Source: an uncultured Prevotella sp.
GTDB taxonomy: Bacteria > Bacteroidota > Bacteroidia > Bacteroidales > Bacteroidaceae
Assembly: GCA_946404405.1 (NCBI GenBank)
Contig: CAMJDL010000007.1
Location: forward strand, 3,711 to 67,710
Length of the DNA: 64,000 nt
Reading direction: 5' to 3'
Positions 20,284-28,192 of the stretch are shown piece after piece. Position numbers and translations under genes: made by a program. A model generated the notes under the pieces. That model saw only the letters and a list, made by a program, of their open reading frames with translations, was not told where the DNA came from and searched no databases. Positions within the stretch are counted from its first letter, which is position 1. Each line of letters opens with the position of its first letter.

Positions 20284-20311
20284 GGGAGCCAACCGTTGTG
20301 GCTGGCTCCCT
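20284..20311 (-). terminator. Stem-loop, probable terminator of the BspA/peptide operon
   Basis: GGGAGCCA...TGGCTCCC inverted repeat downstream of the small ORF. Confidence 0.55.
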
Positions 20312-20367
20312 ATTGATTTCAGGTTGTTCAGGATTAAAACAGAATCTGTCACCATGATTGTTCGACC

Positions 20368-20514
20368 TCAATATTCGTATGAATCAAATTCACCTTCAGG
20401 TGCAAACTGAGTATCAGTTCCAGTATTGCTCAGGGGAACGCTCGTTGTAAGCATGGGCTGACGGAGGTTATACTCAATCACGTCTACTGTTGGTTGGATA
20501 TATTTCTTTTTCAT
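20368..20514 (-). CDS. Small 48-aa peptide with a YxxP leader-like N-terminus
   Basis: Manual translation MKKKYIQPTVDVIEYNLRQPMLTTSVPLSNTGTDTQFAPEGEFDSYEY*. Starts 19 nt after the BspA stop, preceded by AGGAGG and followed by a terminator. Confidence 0.7.
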   Translation of the reverse strand: MKKKYIQPTVDVIEYNLRQPMLTTSVPLSNTGTDTQFAPEGEFDSYEY

Positions 20515-20533
20515 ATTCTTGTCCTCCTATTGA

Positions 20534-23500
20534 TTACTTTATAACAACTTTTTTACCATTCACGATGTAGAGGCCCTTAGTGGGCTGAGCCACACGCTGA
20601 CCAGCGAGATTGTAAACACTATTCACTATTCTCAGTTCACTATTCACTAGCGAAGCGCCAATGCCAGTAGTCTCGCCAAATGCAAAGAATTCAGGAGCAT
20701 CAGTAGCATTCGTCTTGTAGAAGGCCTTGTTGGCACCCAGCGTAGCACCGGTGTAGTGGTAGAAGCCGAGGGTTGAACCTTCATTGCTCAGCACATAGTA
20801 CTTGTAATTGGCATCTACAGCTGTAGCCACATCTACGCCCTCCAGGGCATTGTCGCTGTAGTCAGCGGCACTGGCGGCAGCCGAGGTTGTCATTGAGAAG
20901 TTGGCTCCTGTAGACTTCAGAATGACAGCCTGTCCGGCGGTAATCACCTTGTCGTCAATCTCCGTCAGCGTCAGCGAGCTTCCGTTGATGGCAGCCTTAT
21001 AGACGGTGGTATTAGCATCGGCCTTCATGTTGGCAGTACTATTATAATAGGTAGCCCAGTAGACACCGTCCACGGCGTTGCCAGCAACGGCAGGAGCCAG
21101 GTCGCCCACGAAGGTCACGTTGACGTTATAGAATTTGTCGCCCGACGAAGCACACGGCCATGCCGAAGCATTGGCAACGTGGCAAAGGGTTGCCTTGCCA
21201 TCTTTGAAGTCATATCCAAAATACAAACCAGCTGATGACCAAGTCAGTTCCTCTGGGTTGGCATAGCAATAAACATCCGTGACTGCTGTGCAATCAGAGA
21301 ACGCCCTCTGACCAATTGATGTCAGACCGCTGCCAAGAATGACAGTTGTCAATCCACTGCAACCTGAGAAAGCCGATGAACCAATGGTGGTCATATCATT
21401 ATGGATGAACAATGTCGTAAGTTTCTTACAACTCTGGAAGGTATAGGATTCTATCGAAGTCACCGTGTTGGGAATGGAAATATCTGTGAGGTTGGAGCAG
21501 AAGGAGAATGCCGATGAGCCGATGGAAGATATCGTGCTGGGGATGACAAATGTGGTGAGGCCTTTACAACCAGTGAATGCGCCATTACCGATTGTGGCCA
21601 CATCTGCTGGGAATGTGGTATTCTTACAGCCTAATATTATTTTATTGGCTTCTGAATCAATGATGGCATTACAATCGCCTCGTGAATCATACTTGGTGTT
21701 CCCTGCCGCAACGGTGATAGTGGCAAGATTTCCACCGGAGAATGCATTCTCCAAGGTGGTCACCTTGGCAGGAATATTCAAAGAGGTCAATTTGTCACAA
21801 CCACTGAAGGCTCCTTCGCCGATGGTTGTCAACTCGCTTCCCAAAGTCAGGGTCGTCAGCTCAGGGCATCCGTTAAAGGCTTCCCTACCGATAGTGGTCA
21901 AGGCATCTGGAAGGACGAGATTGGTAATAGAACAACCTGCAAAGGTTCCTTCGCCAATCTCTGTGACCCCCGACGGAATGTTGATAGCCGTCAGACCGTC
22001 GGCCAGATGGAAGGCGCGTTCCTCAATGGTGGTGACACTTGCGGGCAGTGTGAGGCTGAATGGTTTCGAGATAGCCCAGAAGGATTCGTAACCGATAGTT
22101 GTCACGCCAGAGGGTACCGTAGAGGCGTTACAGCCTACGACGAGCTTGTTGGCAGCTTTCTCGAAGATGGCATTGCTGCCCAAATCTGCGTATTTAGCAT
22201 TTTCTGCATCCACAGTCAGCGAAGTCATGTTGCACCCAGCAAAGTATCCTGCACCGTAGATGTTGGTAACATTTTTCGGGATGTTGAGTGTTGTAAGACC
22301 CGAGCTCCAAAATACAGAACCGTTGTAATAGACATCACCACCCATATCCTGAATAGTTCCCAATGTCGTAAGACTGTTAGGCAAGGTAATGCTGGTCAAT
22401 TTCGTGCAACCAGAGAAGGCTGATTGGTTGATCGTGGTGAGCGATGAGGTACCAGAGAATGTGACGCTGACCAACTCTGTACAATCACTGAACGCACTTA
22501 CACCAATCTCCTCGACGCTGGCGGGGATGGCAATGGCAGTCAGTGCTTCGCACTCTTTAAATGCGCTCTTGCCTATCGTTGATAATGTGGGTGTACCATC
22601 AAACGTAACTGTAGCCAGATTCTTACACATCCAGAAAGTGTATTCGCCAGTATTGGTCACGCTCTCAGGAATAGTGATACCTGTCAGCTTTTCCTTGGCA
22701 TCATTGTCATATCTGAAAGTATAGTCAGCGATAGCGGTCACCGTTCCATTATAGACTACCGTACCTGTACCAGCAGCAAACTCATGCGACTTCACACCCG
22801 TGGCTCCCGTGAAATTGGACTCGTTGTCGAAAACCGCCAACTTCTCGGAAGCAGTATAAGTGAAGGTAGTGGTAGTGGCTGCTGGAGCTCCACCGCCAGC
22901 AACAATCAGAGCTTTGTAATCTTTCCAGCCGTCAGCGGCTAGGTAATCTTCAACACTGGCAGCAGGAACATAGATGGCTGTGAGGGAGGGGAGAATTACA
23001 GCTGGGGCGTTTTCGTCTAAGAACGCATTTTCACCTAGCGTAGGTGGTGTGGCGCGTAACATAGTTACCGTTTCCAAGGCGATACAATCATAGAATGCCC
23101 AACTGCCAATAGAGGTAACATTTGCGGGAATCGTAATGGAGGTCAAGCTCTCGCAGTCGTTGAAGGCACTACCACCAATCGTTGTCAATGTACTTGGGAG
23201 TGTTATCGACGAAAACTTCGAACCAAGTAAAGCGTAATCACCAATGGTTTCTAAACCTTCAGGCAACGTAATGCTGGTAAAGCCACACTCCTCTAAAGCA
23301 CTATTGCCGATAATTGTCAATGTGCTGGGAAGGCTAACGGAGGTACAATTTTCATACATTGCAAAAGCATAGTCGGGAATATTAGTAATACCATCACCAA
23401 TGACGATTGTGGTAATGTCTTCCATACCTTTATGATTTCCACTTCCATCATAATCACACCATGGATAAGCCATTGGTCCTTGATCAGAGAATGTCTTAAT

Positions 23501-24253
23501 AGTTCCTGTACCCGTCAGTGTCAGAGTGGCAGTTGTTTCATTAAATGACCATTTTACTGCATCGGTTAGGGTACCGTTGTTCTCCCCGCAAATGCCACCA
23601 GGTCCTTGAATTTTCGTACTAAAAGCGTTCCAATTAGTGGCTGCTTGGTAGGTAGCTATACTCGCTGTAGGTACATAAATTGCAGTCGGGGTTACACCAG
23701 AGAAAGCATTGGCATTTGCAATAGTTGGTGGAGTCGTCGCATAACAAGCAATATACTTTAAATCCGTACACTGCATAAAAGCCTCTTGCCAAATCTCAGT
23801 CAAGCCTGTTCCTAGGCTAACTGTCAATAAATGATTATTCGAGAATGCGCATGACTCGATTCTTTGGACACTATTAGGAATGTTAAGTGAAATAAATCCC
23901 GCATTAGTACAATTATCAAAAGCACAGCCACCAATAGACTCTACGTGATCCCCTATAGTAACACTGGTTAAGGCAGTACACCCGCAGAAAGCAAAACGCC
24001 CTACACGTGTAATATTGCTACCAATAACTACTTCAGTAATAGCTGTACGGTATGCATGCCAAGGCGCCTCCGTCAAGTCATCGGTATAGTCTGCCATAGC
24101 TCCTGTACCAGAAATAGTCAGCGTACCGTTGTCATACTCCCACGTGACATCACCCTCATGGCCATCTGTTCCGCAGTTGTTCTGTGCATTCACACTCATG
24201 CACATCACAGTCATAAGTGCTGTGCATAGGAATCTCAGTAGTTTTTTCTTCAT
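20534..24253 (-). CDS. BspA-type LRR surface protein with T9SS-like C-terminal sorting domain
   Basis: Signal peptide, many LTSITIPxxVTxIGxxAF repeats, C-terminus VYNLAGQRVAQPTKGLYIVNGKKVVIK. Confidence 0.9.
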   Translation of the reverse strand: MKKKLLRFLCTALMTVMCMSVNAQNNCGTDGHEGDVTWEYDNGTLTISGTGAMADYTDDLTEAPWHAYRTAITEVVIGSNITRVGRFAFCGCTALTSVTIGDHVESIGGCAFDNCTNAGFISLNIPNSVQRIESCAFSNNHLLTVSLGTGLTEIWQEAFMQCTDLKYIACYATTPPTIANANAFSGVTPTAIYVPTASIATYQAATNWNAFSTKIQGPGGICGENNGTLTDAVKWSFNETTATLTLTGTGTIKTFSDQGPMAYPWCDYDGSGNHKGMEDITTIVIGDGITNIPDYAFAMYENCTSVSLPSTLTIIGNSALEECGFTSITLPEGLETIGDYALLGSKFSSITLPSTLTTIGGSAFNDCESLTSITIPANVTSIGSWAFYDCIALETVTMLRATPPTLGENAFLDENAPAVILPSLTAIYVPAASVEDYLAADGWKDYKALIVAGGGAPAATTTTFTYTASEKLAVFDNESNFTGATGVKSHEFAAGTGTVVYNGTVTAIADYTFRYDNDAKEKLTGITIPESVTNTGEYTFWMCKNLATVTFDGTPTLSTIGKSAFKECEALTAIAIPASVEEIGVSAFSDCTELVSVTFSGTSSLTTINQSAFSGCTKLTSITLPNSLTTLGTIQDMGGDVYYNGSVFWSSGLTTLNIPKNVTNIYGAGYFAGCNMTSLTVDAENAKYADLGSNAIFEKAANKLVVGCNASTVPSGVTTIGYESFWAISKPFSLTLPASVTTIEERAFHLADGLTAINIPSGVTEIGEGTFAGCSITNLVLPDALTTIGREAFNGCPELTTLTLGSELTTIGEGAFSGCDKLTSLNIPAKVTTLENAFSGGNLATITVAAGNTKYDSRGDCNAIIDSEANKIILGCKNTTFPADVATIGNGAFTGCKGLTTFVIPSTISSIGSSAFSFCSNLTDISIPNTVTSIESYTFQSCKKLTTLFIHNDMTTIGSSAFSGCSGLTTVILGSGLTSIGQRAFSDCTAVTDVYCYANPEELTWSSAGLYFGYDFKDGKATLCHVANASAWPCASSGDKFYNVNVTFVGDLAPAVAGNAVDGVYWATYYNSTANMKADANTTVYKAAINGSSLTLTEIDDKVITAGQAVILKSTGANFSMTTSAAASAADYSDNALEGVDVATAVDANYKYYVLSNEGSTLGFYHYTGATLGANKAFYKTNATDAPEFFAFGETTGIGASLVNSELRIVNSVYNLAGQRVAQPTKGLYIVNGKKVVIK

Positions 24254-24284
24254 AGTTGTAAAGTTTAAATTAGTTTGTAATGTT

Positions 24285-24620
24285 TTATTGGTTTATCACT
24301 TGTTGTTCGTCTTGTGCGGGCACCTCCTGCGCAAACATGGTGCGGAGGCCTTCCTCGTAGGCACGCAGGGCGTCGCTGCCCTTGTTGGTGATGCTGCAGG
24401 TAGTGCGCGAGAAGCGGCCTATGCCTGTCTTCGATACATCGAGGTAGCCAGCTTCCTTCAGCGTGGTGATTTGTGTACTAAGGTTACCGCGGGTAGAGTC
24501 GGTAATCTGGCAGAGGTACATGAAGTCGGCACTCCCGAGCGAGTCGAGGGCGACCATAATTTTCAATCGCAGCTCGCTGTGGAGCAGGGGATTGATGACT
24601 TGGAACTTGAAATGATTCAT
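24285..24620 (-). CDS. Winged-helix transcriptional regulator (MarR/ArsR-like, HTH_34 type)
   Basis: LLHSELRLKIMVAL...ADFMYL...TRGNLSTQITTLKEAGYLDVSK...RTTCSITNKG. Confidence 0.85.
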   Translation of the reverse strand: MNHFKFQVINPLLHSELRLKIMVALDSLGSADFMYLCQITDSTRGNLSTQITTLKEAGYLDVSKTGIGRFSRTTCSITNKGSDALRAYEEGLRTMFAQEVPAQDEQQVINQ

Positions 24621-25207
24621 AATCTATGTAGTTTTACGTATTGACGGAACAGATGACCAGGAATGATGAGGGCAATGGTGACGATGGCAGCGGTGATGAG
24701 CAACTGCAAAGGCCACAGGTCACCCTGAAAGAAGAGGGGAACGGCAGATAGCAGGGAGGCAATGATGCCGCAGACGGTCTTGGGACGGAAATGCAGGATG
24801 ATGCCCGTCATAAAGCAGCCCATGCCACAGAGCAGGCCGAGATAGGCAAAGAAGCAATATTGGAACACACCAGCAAAGCCCATCGCTGTCCCACCGACAC
24901 ACGAAGCGAAACCAATGAATATCCACATCATCAGAATGACGTTCTGGTCAAGGGTGCGGTGGTGGGTGCGCTCATAGTCCTCGTTCAGGAAGTATATCAT
25001 CAGCGGCGTGCCTATCAGGGGGATGCCCGCCCATAGCCACGCGCACCAATCTTCGTTCCATATCATGAGGGCGGCAAACTCCAACAACAGGACTAACGCA
25101 GTAGGATAGCCCCAGGCCAAAAACAGGTTCTCGCCAGTAAGGTCCTTGCGGTTCATGACCTCACCACGCATTCGGGTAATTATATCCAGTTCCTCGGTTG
25201 TATTCAT
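24617..25207 (-). CDS. Integral membrane protein (about 6 TM), translationally coupled to the wHTH regulator
   Basis: Multiple hydrophobic segments, ATGA overlap with the regulator gene. Confidence 0.75.
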   Translation of the reverse strand: MNTTEELDIITRMRGEVMNRKDLTGENLFLAWGYPTALVLLLEFAALMIWNEDWCAWLWAGIPLIGTPLMIYFLNEDYERTHHRTLDQNVILMMWIFIGFASCVGGTAMGFAGVFQYCFFAYLGLLCGMGCFMTGIILHFRPKTVCGIIASLLSAVPLFFQGDLWPLQLLITAAIVTIALIIPGHLFRQYVKLHRL

Positions 25208-25217
25208 AAAGGATTAG

Positions 25218-25269
25218 GTTTATATCTTAAACAAGACATTGCAAATATAGTGTTTATTTTCTAAACAAA
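25218..25269 (-). promoter_or_regulatory. Promoter flanked by two palindromic operator candidates GTTTA-N5-TAAAC
   Basis: GTTTAtatctTAAAC at 25218-25232 and GTTTAttttcTAAAC at 25252-25266 flank the -7 element TATATTTG (minus, 25242-25249). Confidence 0.6.
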
Positions 25270-25298
25270 CAACTAACGTGGCAATATTTTAAACTTTA

Positions 25299-26597
25299 TT
25301 AAGAAACAAAGGTCTGGATAATGCCGCGAGTCAGCAGGTACAGAATCATGGACAGCCACAGGCCGTGATTACCCATCAGATTCATCGTGATGGTGGCTGT
25401 GACGAAGAAGACGAGGGCGGCAATAGCTGAAGAGATGAGCATGCCTCGCGTCTTGGTGGTGCCAATAAACAGGCCGTCCCAGATGAAGGCCGCCACGCCA
25501 GCTGCGGGTATCAGGTAGGCCCACCAGACATAGGCTTGCGAAGCCTCGACAACCTGTGGCTCGTCGGTGAGCAGACGGAGGAAAGGCATACCACCGATAA
25601 TATAGGTAGCGGTAAAAAGGATGGTCATCAGGGCTCCCCATCCAAATAGTCGGCGAACCACATCACGGTAGGCCACCATATCTTTGGCACCCCAATATTT
25701 GCCACCCAAAGCCTCACCAGCGTAGGCGAAGCCATCGAGGAAATAAGAGAATAGCAGATAAAGTTGCATTAACAACGTGTTGACAGCCAGAATCTCAGCA
25801 CCCTGACGGGCACCCATAGAGGTAAAGTAGAGATTGACAGCTACCAGACAGAGGGTTCGGAGGAAGATGTCGCGGTTAACGCGGAGAAAGCGAATCATGG
25901 GGACGGTTCTGCTGATCACAGTCGCCTTACGACGTCGGATCATCAGAACCGTCCCCACGATCCTGCGATAATACCGCCACAGGAACCATACTGCTACCAG
26001 AAATCCAGCATACTGTGCCACGACGGTACCAAGAGCCACGCCCTCGACCTTCATACCCAGCCCATAGACAAATGTCAGCGAAGCCACGATGTTGACCACG
26101 TTCTGCATGATAGAGACGAACATGGGAATGCGGGTGTTCTGCATGCCGATGAACCAGCCACTCAAGGCATATAGTCCCAACATGGCTGGTGCGCCCCATA
26201 CCACAATATTAAAATAGGTGACAGCCAAAGGACGCACATCGGCAGTAGGACCGATAAACCACAGCATGCCCTCGCGGACAGGCCATTGCAACACAATAAT
26301 CAGTAATGCAATGGACAACGATATCCAGCCCGAACGCACCAACAATCCTGTGACTTCGCTGAAGTCGCGGCGTCCACGAGCCTGTGCCGTCATGCCACTG
26401 GTGCCCATACGCAGAAAGCCAAACAGCCAGTAAACGAGATTAAAAATCATGGAACCCACGGCAACGGCACCAATATAAGCTGCCGACCCCATGTGTCCTA
26501 CGATAGCAGTATCGATGAGTCCCAACAGCGGCACCGTGATGTTCGTCACGATAGCTGGCAGGGCAATCTCCAATATCTGATGGTCTCTTCTGTTCAC
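25299..26597 (-). CDS. MATE family efflux transporter (DinF-like)
   Basis: IALPAIVTNITVPLLGLIDTAIVGH, FGFLRMGTSG and SYFLDGFAYAGE. Start reassigned to GTG 26597 because the longer ORF runs through tRNA-Pro. Confidence 0.88.
   Translation of the reverse strand: MNRRDHQILEIALPAIVTNITVPLLGLIDTAIVGHMGSAAYIGAVAVGSMIFNLVYWLFGFLRMGTSGMTAQARGRRDFSEVTGLLVRSGWISLSIALLIIVLQWPVREGMLWFIGPTADVRPLAVTYFNIVVWGAPAMLGLYALSGWFIGMQNTRIPMFVSIMQNVVNIVASLTFVYGLGMKVEGVALGTVVAQYAGFLVAVWFLWRYYRRIVGTVLMIRRRKATVISRTVPMIRFLRVNRDIFLRTLCLVAVNLYFTSMGARQGAEILAVNTLLMQLYLLFSYFLDGFAYAGEALGGKYWGAKDMVAYRDVVRRLFGWGALMTILFTATYIIGGMPFLRLLTDEPQVVEASQAYVWWAYLIPAAGVAAFIWDGLFIGTTKTRGMLISSAIAALVFFVTATITMNLMGNHGLWLSMILYLLTRGIIQTFVS
25894..25961. 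repeat. REP-like inverted repeat inside the MATE coding sequence
   Basis: ATCATGGGGACGGTTCTGCTGATC ... GATCATCAGAACCGTCCCCACGAT, 24-bp arms with 2 mismatches. Confidence 0.8.
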
Positions 26598-26618
26598 AAG
26601 CGATGGATATTCGTTAAT

Positions 26619-26656
26619 TAAAAAAAGACCAAGAATCTGTTGATTCTCAGTCTTTT
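26619..26656 (-). terminator. Rho-independent terminator after tRNA-Pro
   Basis: Minus strand AAAAGACTGAGAATC-AACA-GATTCTTGGTCTTTTTTT hairpin with U-tract. Confidence 0.7.
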
Positions 26657-26665
26657 CTCTTTCAG

Positions 26666-26738
26666 TCGGGATTACTGGACTCGAACCAGCGACCTCGCGC
26701 CCCCCAGACGTGTGCGCTACCAACTGCGCTAAATCCCG
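26666..26738 (-). tRNA. tRNA-Pro(GGG)
   Basis: CGGGATT TA GCGC AGTTGGTA GCGC A CACGT CTGGGGG GCGCG AGGTC GCTGG TTCGAGT CCAGT AATCCCG A folds into a 73-nt cloverleaf, CCA not encoded. Confidence 0.93.
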
Positions 26739-26914
26739 AAAGCGGGTGCAAAGGTACGGAGTTTTTTTGAATTGGCCAAATTTATTGCGATGTTTTTTTG
26801 TTTTTGCCATCTTTTTTGCAGAAATCTTTTATAATGTGCGATTTTCTTTGGTATTTCACAAAATAATTCGTACCTTCGCGAGTTATTATAAATAAGAATA
26901 GAAACATTATTATA

Positions 26915-28171
26915 ATGCAATACGAGATAAAAGCACCAAACGTGCTGCGCCACACCGCTAAACTGCCTGCTTCGAAAAGCATCAGTAACAGGGTGCTGGT
27001 GATTCATGCACTAACGGGAGGACACACATTGCCCAGCAATCTGTCGGACTGCGACGATACGGAAGTGATTGTAGAGGCACTGAACAATAATCCCTACGAG
27101 ATTAACATCAAGGCTGCCGGTACAGCCATGCGTTTCATGACAGCCTTTCTGGCTGTGAAAGAAGGCGAAGAGCATGTACTGACGGGTACGGAGCGCATGC
27201 GCCACCGTCCGATAGCCGTATTGGTAGACGCTCTGCGACGTCTGGGAGCCCAGATAGAATATGCGGGCGAGGAGGGCTTTCCCCCACTCCGCATCAAGGG
27301 CTGCACGTTGGAGGGTGGTCTATTAGAGGTGGCTGGCAACATCAGTTCACAATATATTTCGGCTCTGTTGCTGATTGGCCCATGTCTGAAGAACGGTCTG
27401 ACACTGCACATGACGGGTGACGTCATTTCACGACCGTATATTGACCTGACGCTATGGACGATGCGCGAATTTGGCGCTGATGCTGAATGGAGCGACTACG
27501 ACACCATCGTCGTGAAGCCTCAGCCCTACAAAGACAGGACTTACCTGACGGAGAACGACTGGAGTGCTGCCAGCTACTGGTACGAGATGATGGCGCTGAG
27601 CACTAACAGGGATGACGAGATTAAGCTGGAGGGACTGATGGACGGTTCGAAGCAAGGCGACTCGCAGGTGCGCTACATATTTAGTCTGTTAGGGGTCAAG
27701 ACAACCTTCAAAACCAAAAAGGCTGGTGTGCCCACAACGGTAACCTTGCAACATTCCGGACGCTGTGTGCCCCGTCTTGAGTATAACTTCGTAAACTCAC
27801 CCGACCTGGCACAGACCTTTGTAGTATGCTGTGCGCTGTTGAACGTTCCTTTCCACTTCACTGGGCTCTCGACCCTTAAAATAAAGGAAACCGACCGTAT
27901 CGAGGCCATGAAAACTGAGATGCGGAAGTTGGGCTACGTGATTCGCAGTGCCAACGACAGCGAACTGATATGGGACGGAGAACTCTGCGAAGCAACGCTG
28001 GATGCAGGCATCGACACCTACGAAGACCACCGCATGGCACTGGCTTTTGCGCCTGCAGCCCTGCACTTCGAAGGACTACGTATCAACAATCCGCATGTGG
28101 TAACGAAGTCGTATCCGCAGTTCTGGGAAGACATCAAAGCCTGTGGCTTCAAAGTGAAGAATGAAAAGTGA
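26915..28171 (+). CDS. aroA: 3-phosphoshikimate 1-carboxyvinyltransferase (EPSP synthase)
   Basis: LPASKSISNR, AGTAMRF, SSQYISALL, KETDRI, DHRMA and KSYPQFW. Confidence 0.95.
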   Translation: MQYEIKAPNVLRHTAKLPASKSISNRVLVIHALTGGHTLPSNLSDCDDTEVIVEALNNNPYEINIKAAGTAMRFMTAFLAVKEGEEHVLTGTERMRHRPIAVLVDALRRLGAQIEYAGEEGFPPLRIKGCTLEGGLLEVAGNISSQYISALLLIGPCLKNGLTLHMTGDVISRPYIDLTLWTMREFGADAEWSDYDTIVVKPQPYKDRTYLTENDWSAASYWYEMMALSTNRDDEIKLEGLMDGSKQGDSQVRYIFSLLGVKTTFKTKKAGVPTTVTLQHSGRCVPRLEYNFVNSPDLAQTFVVCCALLNVPFHFTGLSTLKIKETDRIEAMKTEMRKLGYVIRSANDSELIWDGELCEATLDAGIDTYEDHRMALAFAPAALHFEGLRINNPHVVTKSYPQFWEDIKACGFKVKNEK

Positions 28172-28192
28172 AGAATTTGCTTCCGCTGTAAT

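Noticed and set aside
26598-26810. N-terminal 71 aa of the 503-aa MATE ORF
   Set aside because: It runs through the tRNA-Pro promoter, gene and terminator. MATE similarity starts at about GTG 26597.
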